A stretch of 64,000 nt of DNA from Deltaproteobacteria bacterium (lineage in GTDB: Bacteria > Myxococcota > Kuafuiibacteriia > Kuafuiibacteriales > Kuafuiibacteriaceae). Shown here one piece after another: positions 31,677 to 42,602 of the stretch. Under the pieces are notes generated by a model, which saw only the letters and a program-made list of their open reading frames with translations, was not told the origin of the DNA and did no database searches. The position numbers and the translations under genes are program-made. Numbering within the stretch: the first letter of the stretch is position 1; each line of letters opens with the position of its first letter. The stretch is taken from positions 384,001 through 448,000 of the forward strand of contig JAVJQW010000011.1 in the NCBI GenBank assembly GCA_040218735.1. Direction: 5' to 3'.

Positions 31677-32576
31677 CTACTGTCCGAAGGGGCCCGCTTC
31701 CCAGGTCACCCGCGACAGGTCTTTTTGGCCCTGCGCCGACGGGTGGAAGCAGTCGAAGCCCGAGACCTGGCTCGGCGTGAAGTCGTAGAGGAAGGTCTCG
31801 TCGGTGAAGCTGTAGTGGTGGTGCGGGTCGTTCGCTTCGTATTCGGCGACGACGTCCTCCAGGATCTGGTTGAACGCCAGGTTCCGGCTACGCGTGTACT
31901 GACGATCCGCCTCGCTGTTGGTCGGGCTCAGCATCGTGCCGCACGGGTAGATGTCGAACAGCGTCGCCGCCCAGATCACTTGGCAGTTGATGAGGCCGAG
32001 CGACGTCAGATCCTCGCCGAGCTCCCAGAGTTTGTAGATGTCGACGATCGCGAGCACGTAGATCGTCGCGCCGTTGGGGAGCCCCGTACGCAGCGCCTCG
32101 AGGCCGGCGCGCAGGTTGGCTTCGAACTCGGCGTCCGTGGGGATGTCGGTGAAGTCGTTCTGACAGACATCGTTGTGCCCCATCAGCACCGGGACGTATG
32201 TGGCCTGGTGCGCGACCGACTGCTGCATCTGCGGGAGCAGGTCATAGCTGTCGGCGCCACTCACGCCCTCCATGTAGTTCTTGCGGTTCGACGACCCGAA
32301 GGCGGACGTGATGCGCTGGTTGTGGCTATTCACGTTCGTGCGGCCGAGCAACCACTCCCAGAACCCACGATATCCGTTCGCGTAGCTCGCCCAGTGGTTC
32401 GGGTTGATCGGGTTGAACAGGTTGTACTCTTCCGCGTTGATCGCCTCGGTGATGCTGTCACCCACGCTCGACAGCCGCTTCGGTTGCAGACGCGGATCCT
32501 TGGTCTGCGCTACCGCCAGCGTCGTCATCGTCATCCACCCCAACACCGTCGCCGTCAGCGTGAGTCCTCGATGCAT
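31677..32576 (-). CDS. Secreted SGNH/GDSL esterase/lipase
   Basis: GGGAGG RBS; signal peptide; GDSIT, GHNDVC and DCFHPS..GQ. Confidence 0.88.
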   Translation of the reverse strand: MHRGLTLTATVLGWMTMTTLAVAQTKDPRLQPKRLSSVGDSITEAINAEEYNLFNPINPNHWASYANGYRGFWEWLLGRTNVNSHNQRITSAFGSSNRKNYMEGVSGADSYDLLPQMQQSVAHQATYVPVLMGHNDVCQNDFTDIPTDAEFEANLRAGLEALRTGLPNGATIYVLAIVDIYKLWELGEDLTSLGLINCQVIWAATLFDIYPCGTMLSPTNSEADRQYTRSRNLAFNQILEDVVAEYEANDPHHHYSFTDETFLYDFTPSQVSGFDCFHPSAQGQKDLSRVTWEAGPFGQ

Positions 32577-32660
32577 ACTTACCTCCCTATGGAAGCGGCG
32601 TGATTGCCGCGCGCGCATCGTAGGGCTGGGTAGCGGGTGCGATGTAAGGCGATTGCAAGC

Positions 32661-33671
32661 TCACTTGCGCGTGGGTTCGCGCACGCTGGACGACGCGAGC
32701 GCATCACGTACGCGAGACTCGAAACGCGCGCGCCCGAAGGAGTGGGAAACCCACAACCCATTCACGAAGATTCCGGGCGGTGAAGTGACTCCACTCTTCC
32801 GTGCAATTTCGAGCTCACCCTTGAGCGCAACGATGTCGCGGGTGCGCGCTTCGGCCTCGGGCGTTACAGGTTTCAACTCGAGCTCCTCGCCGAGGGTTTG
32901 CAAGTCAGATTGACGCAGCGCTCCGTCCCGCTGGAACAGCCGATCGTGCACGGACCAGAACCGATCTTTTTCCTGCGCACTTCGTGCGAGCAAGGCAGCT
33001 TGCAACCCGAGCTCGTCGCGCGGATTCAATACATGGCGAAAGACCTCTCGGATCTTCTTCGGATGTCGCTGACGCACCGCTTCGATCCAGGACGCGACCT
33101 CTCGGGAGCGCGCTTCGCTCAACGCGCCGAAGTGCACGATGGTCACCGCGGCGTCCGCGGGCCCGCGCGAGGGTGCACCCTCGAGATCGATGTCCACGCG
33201 CGGCAGCGGCGGCGGCTCGAGATCGATCCGAACCTGGGCGGCGTCCTCCAGGCCCCGGACGAACGCGAGCCTGCGCTCGATGCGACGGCGACCGTCGAGG
33301 TAGTCGCGCGCGCGTTCCCTGCGCTCTTCGCCGAGGCCGTGTTCGAGGAGGTAGGCGTCGACGTCCGCGTCGTCGACGGGCTCGCCGCGCTCGACGTCGT
33401 CCAACATCGCCTGCACCGTGACGCCGCGACGCTCGGCCTCGGCCGCGAGCAGCCGCTGCTCGACCAGCGCTTCGACCTCGCGCCGAACCAGCGTGTGGAT
33501 GTCGAGGCGGCGCCGGTGGATCTCCATGGCGACGCCGCGCTCCGCCTCGGAGCGCCGGATCACCGCGTCGCCGATGCGCGCGACGACCGGATCTTCGACC
33601 GGATCGTCGACCGGGGCCGGCGGTGCCTGAGTACAGCCGAGGCACAGCGAGAGCGCGAACAGACGCCTCAC
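32661..33671 (-). CDS. DsbA/thioredoxin-fold lipoprotein lacking CxxC
   Basis: Lipobox CLGC; PSRGPADAAVTIVHF, then ALSE at the CxxC position; GVTSPPGIFVNG. Confidence 0.75.
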   Translation of the reverse strand: MRRLFALSLCLGCTQAPPAPVDDPVEDPVVARIGDAVIRRSEAERGVAMEIHRRRLDIHTLVRREVEALVEQRLLAAEAERRGVTVQAMLDDVERGEPVDDADVDAYLLEHGLGEERRERARDYLDGRRRIERRLAFVRGLEDAAQVRIDLEPPPLPRVDIDLEGAPSRGPADAAVTIVHFGALSEARSREVASWIEAVRQRHPKKIREVFRHVLNPRDELGLQAALLARSAQEKDRFWSVHDRLFQRDGALRQSDLQTLGEELELKPVTPEAEARTRDIVALKGELEIARKSGVTSPPGIFVNGLWVSHSFGRARFESRVRDALASSSVREPTRK

Positions 33672-34222
33672 GGGGCCTCCATCGGCTCGAAGACGACGTC
33701 TTCGTCCGCGTCGTTCCCCGTGGAGATTCCGCCGGCGCCCGTCTCCTTCGTCACCTCGGAGAGCGGCACCTCGGCGACCTGCTCGAACTCCGCGACGGCC
33801 TCCCCGAGCGCGTCGCGCAGACGGCGACGCTCGCCGCTCTCCTCCGGCGTCCCCTTCAGCGCACGCATCGCGTCGCGCGCCGCCATCATCCGGCGCAGCG
33901 CCTCCGCCATCCGCTCGAGCTCCGCGTCGGAAGGGTCACGATCGGGGAAGCGCGCACGGAACGTCTCGGCGAGCGCGTCGCGGATCTGCGCGCGTTTCGG
34001 ATCCTCCTGCGCGGGTTCGTCGACCACGACCGACTTCGGCTTCGCGGGCGGCGCGACAGCGGGCGCCGTCACGATCTCCATGGGCCCCACCCGCTGCACC
34101 GTCTTCGCCGACCGCACCGTCCCGCGCGGTGGCGACAGCGGCGCCGGCGGCGCGCGCATCATCATCCAGAGCGCGGAGGTGACCGCGACGAACGCGAGCA
34201 TCCCGACGACGAACCGACGCAC
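33668..34222 (-). CDS. Hypothetical membrane-anchored protein
   Basis: N-terminal TM helix, Pro-rich linker and helical domain; overlaps the downstream start; TATCCT 6 nt upstream. Confidence 0.65.
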   Translation of the reverse strand: MRRFVVGMLAFVAVTSALWMMMRAPPAPLSPPRGTVRSAKTVQRVGPMEIVTAPAVAPPAKPKSVVVDEPAQEDPKRAQIRDALAETFRARFPDRDPSDAELERMAEALRRMMAARDAMRALKGTPEESGERRRLRDALGEAVAEFEQVAEVPLSEVTKETGAGGISTGNDADEDVVFEPMEAP

Positions 34223-34278
34223 GGGCGGAGGATAGCGGACCCTGACGCGGACGTCGTGGGTGGGTCGAGGGCGCGGAC

Positions 34279-35067
34279 TCAGCGCGCCGGGACCGCGCTC
34301 GTGCGAGGCAGCGGCCGACACGAGCCGTAAGACTGCGTCGGCACCGCGGTGCCGGTGTTGGCGTCGAAGTGGTGGCCGGACTGCGTCGCGGTGAACTCCA
34401 TCTCGACGTCCGGGCTGGGGGTCGCGAAGATCGTGGTGACGTTGACGGTGCCCCACAACGTCGTCTCGATCAGGTTGACCGCGTTGCGGCCGACGCGGAC
34501 CTCGACGTCGCCCGCGCCGGTCGCGTCGACGAGCCGCGCGGAGCCGCGCTCGCGATCGATGCCGTCGAAGGTCACCGCTCCGTCGCCCGCGAAGGACTCG
34601 CTGAGCGGAGCGCCGGCCGCCCACGTCGTGCGCGTGCCGCGGTCGAACACACAGCGAAACGCGGTCGCCTGCGCGAGGAGCTCCGAGAGCGCGTCTTGTT
34701 GACTCCACCGCGCCTGCATCGCGCGGAGCGCTTTGTCCTGCGCCGCCTGATCCTCACCCGCGCTCTTGCCGCGCGCGATCTCGACGTTCATCGCGAGCAC
34801 GCGGTCGAGCGCGAAGACCAACGTGTCGTCGCCCTCGCCGCTCGCGCGCTCCCGTGCCTTCAGGATCTCGTCGAACGTGCAGAGCGTCGCCAGCGCGCGG
34901 TCGAGCGCGCGCACCGCGGCGTCGTCCTTGCCCTCGAAGGCGCGAGTCCGCGCACGGAGCACCTCGTCGATCGCGTCGACACGGCTCGGCTCGCCGACCC
35001 CCTTCAGGTCCGCCTGGGCGGCGGCCGGAGCGAGCAAGGCGAGCGCGAGGACGAGGCGAGCGAGCAT
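34279..35067 (-). CDS. Hypothetical secreted protein
   Basis: Signal peptide ending AQA; helical N-terminal domain and beta-rich C-terminal domain. Confidence 0.7.
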   Translation of the reverse strand: MLARLVLALALLAPAAAQADLKGVGEPSRVDAIDEVLRARTRAFEGKDDAAVRALDRALATLCTFDEILKARERASGEGDDTLVFALDRVLAMNVEIARGKSAGEDQAAQDKALRAMQARWSQQDALSELLAQATAFRCVFDRGTRTTWAAGAPLSESFAGDGAVTFDGIDRERGSARLVDATGAGDVEVRVGRNAVNLIETTLWGTVNVTTIFATPSPDVEMEFTATQSGHHFDANTGTAVPTQSYGSCRPLPRTSAVPAR

Positions 35068-35102
35068 GACCCCAGCGTAACACGCCGGGGTCCGCGGACT
35101 CG

Positions 35103-36107
35103 TCAGCCCAACCGCGACTTCACGGCGGCGGTGAACGTCTGCGTCGTCCCGCTGCCCCCGAGGTCGGGCGTCGTGCCGTCGCCCTTCGCGATCGTCTCCC
35201 GGAGCGCCGAGCGCAGGCGGTCGGCCTCCTCGGTGTGCCCGAGGTGCATCAACATCATCGCGGCCGACATCGCGAGCGCGGTCGGGTTCGCGATGTTCCG
35301 GCCGGCGATGTCCGGCGCCGTGCCGTGGATCGCCTCGAAGATCGCGAGCTCCTCGCCGTAGTTGCCGGAGGGCGCCAACCCGAGGCCACCGACGAGGCCG
35401 GCGGTGAGGTCGGAGAGGATGTCGCCGAACAGGTTGGTCGTGACCACGACGTCGAACTGCGTGGGCCGCATCACGAGCTGCATCGCCATCGCGTCGACGA
35501 TGCGGTCCTCGAACTCGATGTCCGGATACTCCTGCGCGATCTCGCGGCCCACGGTGAGGAAGAGCCCCGTCGTCAGCTTCAGGATGTTCGCCTTGTGGAC
35601 GAGCGTGACCTTCTTGCGGTTGTTCTTACGCGCGTACTCGAACGCGAAGCGGATGATCCGGTCCGACGCGAAGCGCGAGATGAACGAGATCGCCTGCGCG
35701 GCGTCCTTCTTCGGATCGATGTAGTGCTCGATCCCGGAGTACAGCCCCTGCGTGTTCTCGCGGACGACGATCAGGTCACACTCCTCGAAGCGCGTCTTGA
35801 CCCCCTCGTAGGCGCGCGCCGGTCGCACGTTTGCGTACAGGTCGAGCTCCTGCCGCATCCCGACGTTCACGCTCCTGAAGCCCCCGCCGACGGGCGTGGT
35901 GAGCGGCGCCTTCAGCGCGACCTTGTTCTTGCGGATGGAGGCGAGTGTGTCGCCCGGGAGGTGGGTCCCGTGCTCGCGCACGGCGTTCTCACCCGCGTGG
36001 CGCTCCTCCCACTCGATCGCGACCCCCGTGGCCTCGACCAGCTCGATCGTCGCGTCCATCACCTCGGGGCCGATCCCGTCCCCGCGAATCATCGTCACCT
36101 TCGTCAT
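35103..36107 (-). CDS. icd: Isocitrate/isopropylmalate dehydrogenase family, probably NAD-dependent isocitrate dehydrogenase
   Basis: [47 protein letters not shown] and [12 protein letters not shown]. Confidence 0.88.
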   Translation of the reverse strand: MTKVTMIRGDGIGPEVMDATIELVEATGVAIEWEERHAGENAVREHGTHLPGDTLASIRKNKVALKAPLTTPVGGGFRSVNVGMRQELDLYANVRPARAYEGVKTRFEECDLIVVRENTQGLYSGIEHYIDPKKDAAQAISFISRFASDRIIRFAFEYARKNNRKKVTLVHKANILKLTTGLFLTVGREIAQEYPDIEFEDRIVDAMAMQLVMRPTQFDVVVTTNLFGDILSDLTAGLVGGLGLAPSGNYGEELAIFEAIHGTAPDIAGRNIANPTALAMSAAMMLMHLGHTEEADRLRSALRETIAKGDGTTPDLGGSGTTQTFTAAVKSRLG

Positions 36108-36252
36108 CTCGCCGCGGCTCTTACGGAGTCGGGGCCGATTCGTAAACACCCGACAATCCCTGAATCGGGCGCAAACAGTCCGGAGGGCCCCGGCATTCCC
36201 GCCACGAAACGGGGTGCGGTCCGCCCCGTGGGCGCGTATCATTCGCGTCGCC

Positions 36253-37313
36253 GTGTCGGACGACGAAAAGCTCCCCGAGGCCCCGTCGGCCGAGGAGCGC
36301 GAACATCACGATCAGGAGCGGCGACAGTTCCTGAAGCAGGCGTCGATCGTCGGCGGCGCGGCGCTGGGCGCCGGCTACCTCTCCCTGGCCCCGAGCGGGT
36401 GGCCCGGGTCACTGAAGGACGCGACCGGCGAGCTCGGCAAGCCGAAGAAACGCGAGCTCGTGCTCCCGGAGAACGGGTTCGCCGTCGAGAAGAGCGCGGT
36501 GGCCGCGCACCTCGGCGTCGCGCGCGGTGAAGATCCCAAGAAGCTCCTCCGCGGCGCGATCGACGCGATCGGCGGCATCGGCCGCTTCATCACCAAGGGT
36601 GACATCGTCGTCATCAAACCGAACGTCGCCTTCGAGCGCTCCGCACCGCTCGGCGCGACCTCCAACCCCGAAGTCGTCGCCGAGCTCATCCAGCTCGTCC
36701 GCGACGCCGGCGCGGACGAGATTCGCGTCGCCGACAACCCGATCGAGTCGCCGGAGAGCTGCTTCGTCCGCAGCGGGATCCAAAAGGCGGTCGTCGAAGC
36801 CGGCGCGCGGCTCTACCTGCCGCGCTCCTCGGACTTCGAGACGCTCAAGACCCCCGGCGCGAAGTGGATCGAACGGTGGCCGTTCTTCTGGGCGCCCTTC
36901 ATGGGCGCGACGAAGGTCATCGGCATCGCGCCGGTGAAGGACCACAACCTCTGCCGCGCGTCGATGACGACGAAGAACTGGTACGGGCTCCTCGGCGGGC
37001 GTCGTAACCAGTTCCACCAGGACATCCACGGGATCATCTCGGACCTGGCGCTGATGCTCCGGCCCACGTTCGTGATCCTCGACGGCAGCCGTGTGTTGTT
37101 CCGCAGCGGTCCGACGGGCGGGAGCCTCTCGGACGTCCGCCCCGGCAAGACGATCGTCGCGTCGACCGACTCGCTCGCGGCGGATGCGTTCGGCTGGGAC
37201 GACCTGCTGTGGCGCAAGGGTGAGCCGCTCCCCGACTACTTCGCGCAGGCGGCGGCGCGCGGCTTGGGCAACCCGGACTACAAGTCGGTGGCGATCAAAG
37301 AGGTCCAGATCGG

Positions 37314-37317
<4 letters not shown>
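36253..37317 (+). CDS. DUF362-domain protein with Tat-like signal
   Basis: ERRQFLK; [30 protein letters not shown] and TDSLAAD. Confidence 0.85.
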
Positions 37318-39061
<1,744 letters not shown>

Positions 39062-39065
<4 letters not shown>

Positions 39066-40261
39066 CGAAGAAAAAGGGACTCACGCGACGCGACCTGTTG
39101 ACGATCGGCGGCGCGGGCGTCGGCGCCGGAGCGCTCGTCACGATCGGCGGGACGAAGCCGGCGTTCGCCGCGAAGAAGGACGACCTGCCGCAGGTGCCTC
39201 GGAAGAAGCTCGGGAAGACCGGCGCCGAGATCCCGATCCTGTTGTTCGGTGGCGCGGTGAAGCTCGACAAACGCTTCGACCCGAAGATCGCGGAGGCGCT
39301 GCGGTTCGGCATGAACTACATGGACGCCGCGGACTGCTACGGCGGCGGCGCGAACGAGTACGCGGTGGGCAACTTCCTGCAGCGCTCACGCACGCGCGAC
39401 AAGTGGTGGATCACGACGAAGAGCGACCCCACCGACCCGGACGGCATCGAGGCGACGCTGAACAAGAGCCTCGAGAAGATGAAGGTGAAGAGCGTCGAGA
39501 TGCTCTACCTCCACGGAATCGACGACGTGAACGTGCTGACGACAGACGTCGCGAAGCGCGCCGAGAAGCTGAAGAAGGAAGGCAAGATCAAGTACTTCGG
39601 TTTCTCGTGCCACGGCGGCAGCGTGAACGACCTGCTGAACAAGGCGTCGACCCTCTCGTGGATCGACTCGATCATGTTCAAGTACAACTTCCGCACGTAC
39701 GGCGACAAAGAGCTCAACGCGGCGATCGACAAGTGCGCGAAGTCGAACGTCGGGCTCATCGCGATGAAGACGCAGGGCTCCGAGGCCTCGTTCGCGGACG
39801 CCTGGAAGAAGTTCGAGAAGACGGGCAAGTGGACGAAACACCAGGCGGTGCTGAAGGCGGTCTGGGCGGACGAGCGCATCACCGCGGCCGTCTCGCACAT
39901 GGATACGTTCGACAAGCTGAAGCAGAACGTCGCCGCCGCGTGTGACAAGTCGAAGCTGTCGTCGCTGGAGATGGACGCGCTCGAGAAGTACGCCGCGGTC
40001 ACGCGCTCGCTCGCGTGCGACGGGTGCGATCACCACTGCAACCCGGCCGTCGAGGGCGACGTGCTGATCGGCACGACGATGCGGTACCTGATGTACCACG
40101 ACCACTACGGCGAGACGGAGAAGGCGAAGGAGTTCTTCGCCGCCCTCCCCGACGCCGCGCGACGCCTCGAGCACATGGACTTCACGAAGGCCAACGCGGC
40201 CTGCCCGAACGGCATCGACATCGCGGCGCACATGGAGCGCGCGGTGAAGGTGCTGACCTGA
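39062..40261 (+). CDS. Tat-signal aldo/keto reductase with C-terminal Fe-S motif (paralog 2)
   Basis: TRRDLL Tat motif; LGKTG, DAADCY, TK, LHG, GFSCH, AMKT; CDGCDHHC...CPNG. Confidence 0.9.
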
Positions 40262-40283
40262 GCTTTCGCGATATCCTCCGCGG

Positions 40284-41228
40284 GTGACCGAAGCGTTCGA
40301 ACAGGCCCGCGCGCTCGCCGCCGCGGGCGACCCCTCTTCCTTCCCTCGGATCTGGAGCCTCGCCGAAGACCTCGACGACGCCGAGCTCCGCGCGCTCGAC
40401 GAAGCGCTCGCAGCGTGGGACGACTACGACCGCAAGGTCCCCGCACTCCACAAGAAGACGGGCCCCGTCCTGCGCATCGCGCGCGGCTGGCACATGTCGG
40501 GCTGCAACGACGTCGGCTGGTTCGCGGACTGCGCGGACCTGTCGAACCTCCGGTTCCTCACCATCACCGGGAAGATCGGTCCCGAGGGCGTCGCGACGCT
40601 CGCGCGGTTCGCGCCCCTTCAGGACGTTCACACGCTGACGCTCCACGGCACGGGGATGAGGGACGAGGGCGCCGCGGCGCTCGCGACCGGGTTCGAGCGG
40701 CTGCGGACGCTCCGCCTCGTCGGCGCGCAGCTCGGCGCCGAAGGGGTCGCGGCGATATGCCAGTCCCCCAAGTTCGCCAAGCTCGAGACGCTCGCGTTGG
40801 CCGGCGCTTCGGACGACCACGCCGCCGCCTTGGCTCGAACCACGCTCCGCCTGGAGCGGCTCGAGCTCCCCGAGGCCGAGCTCACCGTCGACGGCTTCGA
40901 GGCGATCGCGTCTTCGACGGGGCTGGCGTCGGTGCGCGCGCTGGATCTCGGCGACGCCTCGCCGACGGCGGAGTCGCTGGAGGCGCTGCTACGCGGGCTC
41001 CCCAAGCTCGAGGCGCTCACGTTGGCCAATCACGAAGACCTCCCCCTCGACGCGCTGAAGGGTTGCACCACGCTGCGGAGGCTCGACCTGCAGGGCTGCT
41101 TCTTCGACGACGACGACGCGCTGGCCCTGATCGGCACGCCGCTCCTCGCGAACCTCGAATCGATCGAGCTCGGCCTGGATGCACTGAGCGAAGACGCGAT
41201 CGCGCGGATCCGCGCTGCGGTCGGATAA
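40284..41228 (+). CDS. Leucine-rich repeat protein
   Basis: Repeated LxxLxL motifs with GxxxLA helices (ribonuclease inhibitor-like LRR). Confidence 0.85.
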   Translation: MTEAFEQARALAAAGDPSSFPRIWSLAEDLDDAELRALDEALAAWDDYDRKVPALHKKTGPVLRIARGWHMSGCNDVGWFADCADLSNLRFLTITGKIGPEGVATLARFAPLQDVHTLTLHGTGMRDEGAAALATGFERLRTLRLVGAQLGAEGVAAICQSPKFAKLETLALAGASDDHAAALARTTLRLERLELPEAELTVDGFEAIASSTGLASVRALDLGDASPTAESLEALLRGLPKLEALTLANHEDLPLDALKGCTTLRRLDLQGCFFDDDDALALIGTPLLANLESIELGLDALSEDAIARIRAAVG

Positions 41229-41265
41229 CGTCGACCCGTATCGTCCGGTGCAGTAAGCGGCGCGC

Positions 41266-41730
41266 ATGACGATCACCATCTCCGGCGCGGCCGGCCTCCA
41301 CGACAACGCCAACAGCTCCGCGGGCGCCACCGAGTGGCAGACGATGACGCTCGAGCGCATCCGCGCGTTCGCGGACGCGACCGACGACCACCAGTGGATC
41401 CACGTCGACGAGGAGCGCATCGCGAAGGAGTCGCCGTTCGGCGCCCCCATCGCGCACGGGTACCTCACGCTGTCCCTCGTCGCCGGGCACTTCTTCCGAC
41501 TCATCGAGCTGCAGGACATGAAGATGGTGATCAACTACGGCACGAACAAGGTGCGCTTCCCGACGCCGCTGAAGGCCGGCGACAAGTTCCGGCTCGCGAT
41601 CGACCTGGGCGACGTGACCGAGAAGGGCGGCGGTTGGCTCGAAGCGGTGTTCAACGCGCGCATCGAAGTCGAAGGCCAGGACAAGCCCGCCTGCGCCGCC
41701 GAGTGCCTCTACCGCTTCCTTCCGGTCTAG
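41266..41730 (+). CDS. MaoC family dehydratase
   Basis: FADATDDHQWIHVD, IAHGYLTLSL and NYG.NKVRF. Confidence 0.93.
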   Translation: MTITISGAAGLHDNANSSAGATEWQTMTLERIRAFADATDDHQWIHVDEERIAKESPFGAPIAHGYLTLSLVAGHFFRLIELQDMKMVINYGTNKVRFPTPLKAGDKFRLAIDLGDVTEKGGGWLEAVFNARIEVEGQDKPACAAECLYRFLPV

Positions 41731-41857
41731 GGCCGTTATCGGCAAACAAGTTTGCCTGCGGCCCCTTCGTTCGCCTACGGCTCACTGCGCGAGGCCCTCG
41801 CGGGCCTCTTTGCACGCCTGTCGGCGTCTAGGGCTTCGCCTCACTGCGCGAGGCCTC
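41731..41857. repeat. REP-like palindromic intergenic element
   Basis: Direct repeat CTCACTGCGCGAGGCC at 41781 and 41840; hairpins GGCAAAC/GTTTGCC, GAGGCCC/GGGCCTC and ACGCC/GGCGT; lies between convergent genes. Confidence 0.7.
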
Positions 41858-41858
41858 C

Positions 41859-42602
41859 TTACTTCGCTTCGAGCACCAGGCGGGGCGCGTCCCAGTAGGA
41901 CCAGTCGCCCTGGATGTCGCCGGTGGCGGCGGTGACGAGCGTGAGGAAACGCGCGTCGTCGGCGAGGGCGACGTTCACGTCGTACGCGCTGTCCGCCTCG
42001 TAGACGTCGCGCTGCTCGTACTCGAGGAGCCCGTCCACGAAGACCTGGAACGAGACGAGGTTGCCGGGGCTCGCGGAGCGTTCCCCCACGGCGGCGCGCG
42101 CTGCGAACGCCGTGATCTTCCGGTCCCCCAGCGTCATGCGGATCGCGCCGAGATCGAACGTAATGCCCTTGTTCGCGTGCATCCCGAGCTGAGGACCGGT
42201 CGACTTCGTCGTGACGTCCGTATTTGTCCCGTTCCAGATGTGGTCCCACGCGCTCTCGGAGAAGACGTTCTCCCGCCAGTCGGGCACACCGGCGATGAGG
42301 GTGCCTTCGGTCGAGACCTCGATCGAGTCGCTCTCGTCCATCGCTCCGTCCGGGCAGAAGACACCGTTCACGAGCGGGTTCGCCGCCGGCACGAACGTGT
42401 TCACCGGGCAGGCGATCGCACCTTCGTGCTGCGTCGTCGTCTGGCCGGTGATGACGTCGATGCCGCGGTCGCCGCCCGTCCCGGTGCCGTCTCCACCGCC
42501 GACGATGTCGGCGAGGTCGAGCGTCTCGGACGGGTCGGTGGGTTCTTCGTTTCCGCACCCGATGAGCGCGAGGATGACGAAGAGCCGGAGCGTTCGCTTC
42601 AT
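41859..42602 (-). CDS. Lipoprotein with NPCBM/NEW2-like carbohydrate-binding domain
   Basis: Lipobox LIGC; LGMHANKGITFDL, VSFQVFVDG and GDWSYWDAPRL. Confidence 0.8.
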   Translation of the reverse strand: MKRTLRLFVILALIGCGNEEPTDPSETLDLADIVGGGDGTGTGGDRGIDVITGQTTTQHEGAIACPVNTFVPAANPLVNGVFCPDGAMDESDSIEVSTEGTLIAGVPDWRENVFSESAWDHIWNGTNTDVTTKSTGPQLGMHANKGITFDLGAIRMTLGDRKITAFAARAAVGERSASPGNLVSFQVFVDGLLEYEQRDVYEADSAYDVNVALADDARFLTLVTAATGDIQGDWSYWDAPRLVLEAK

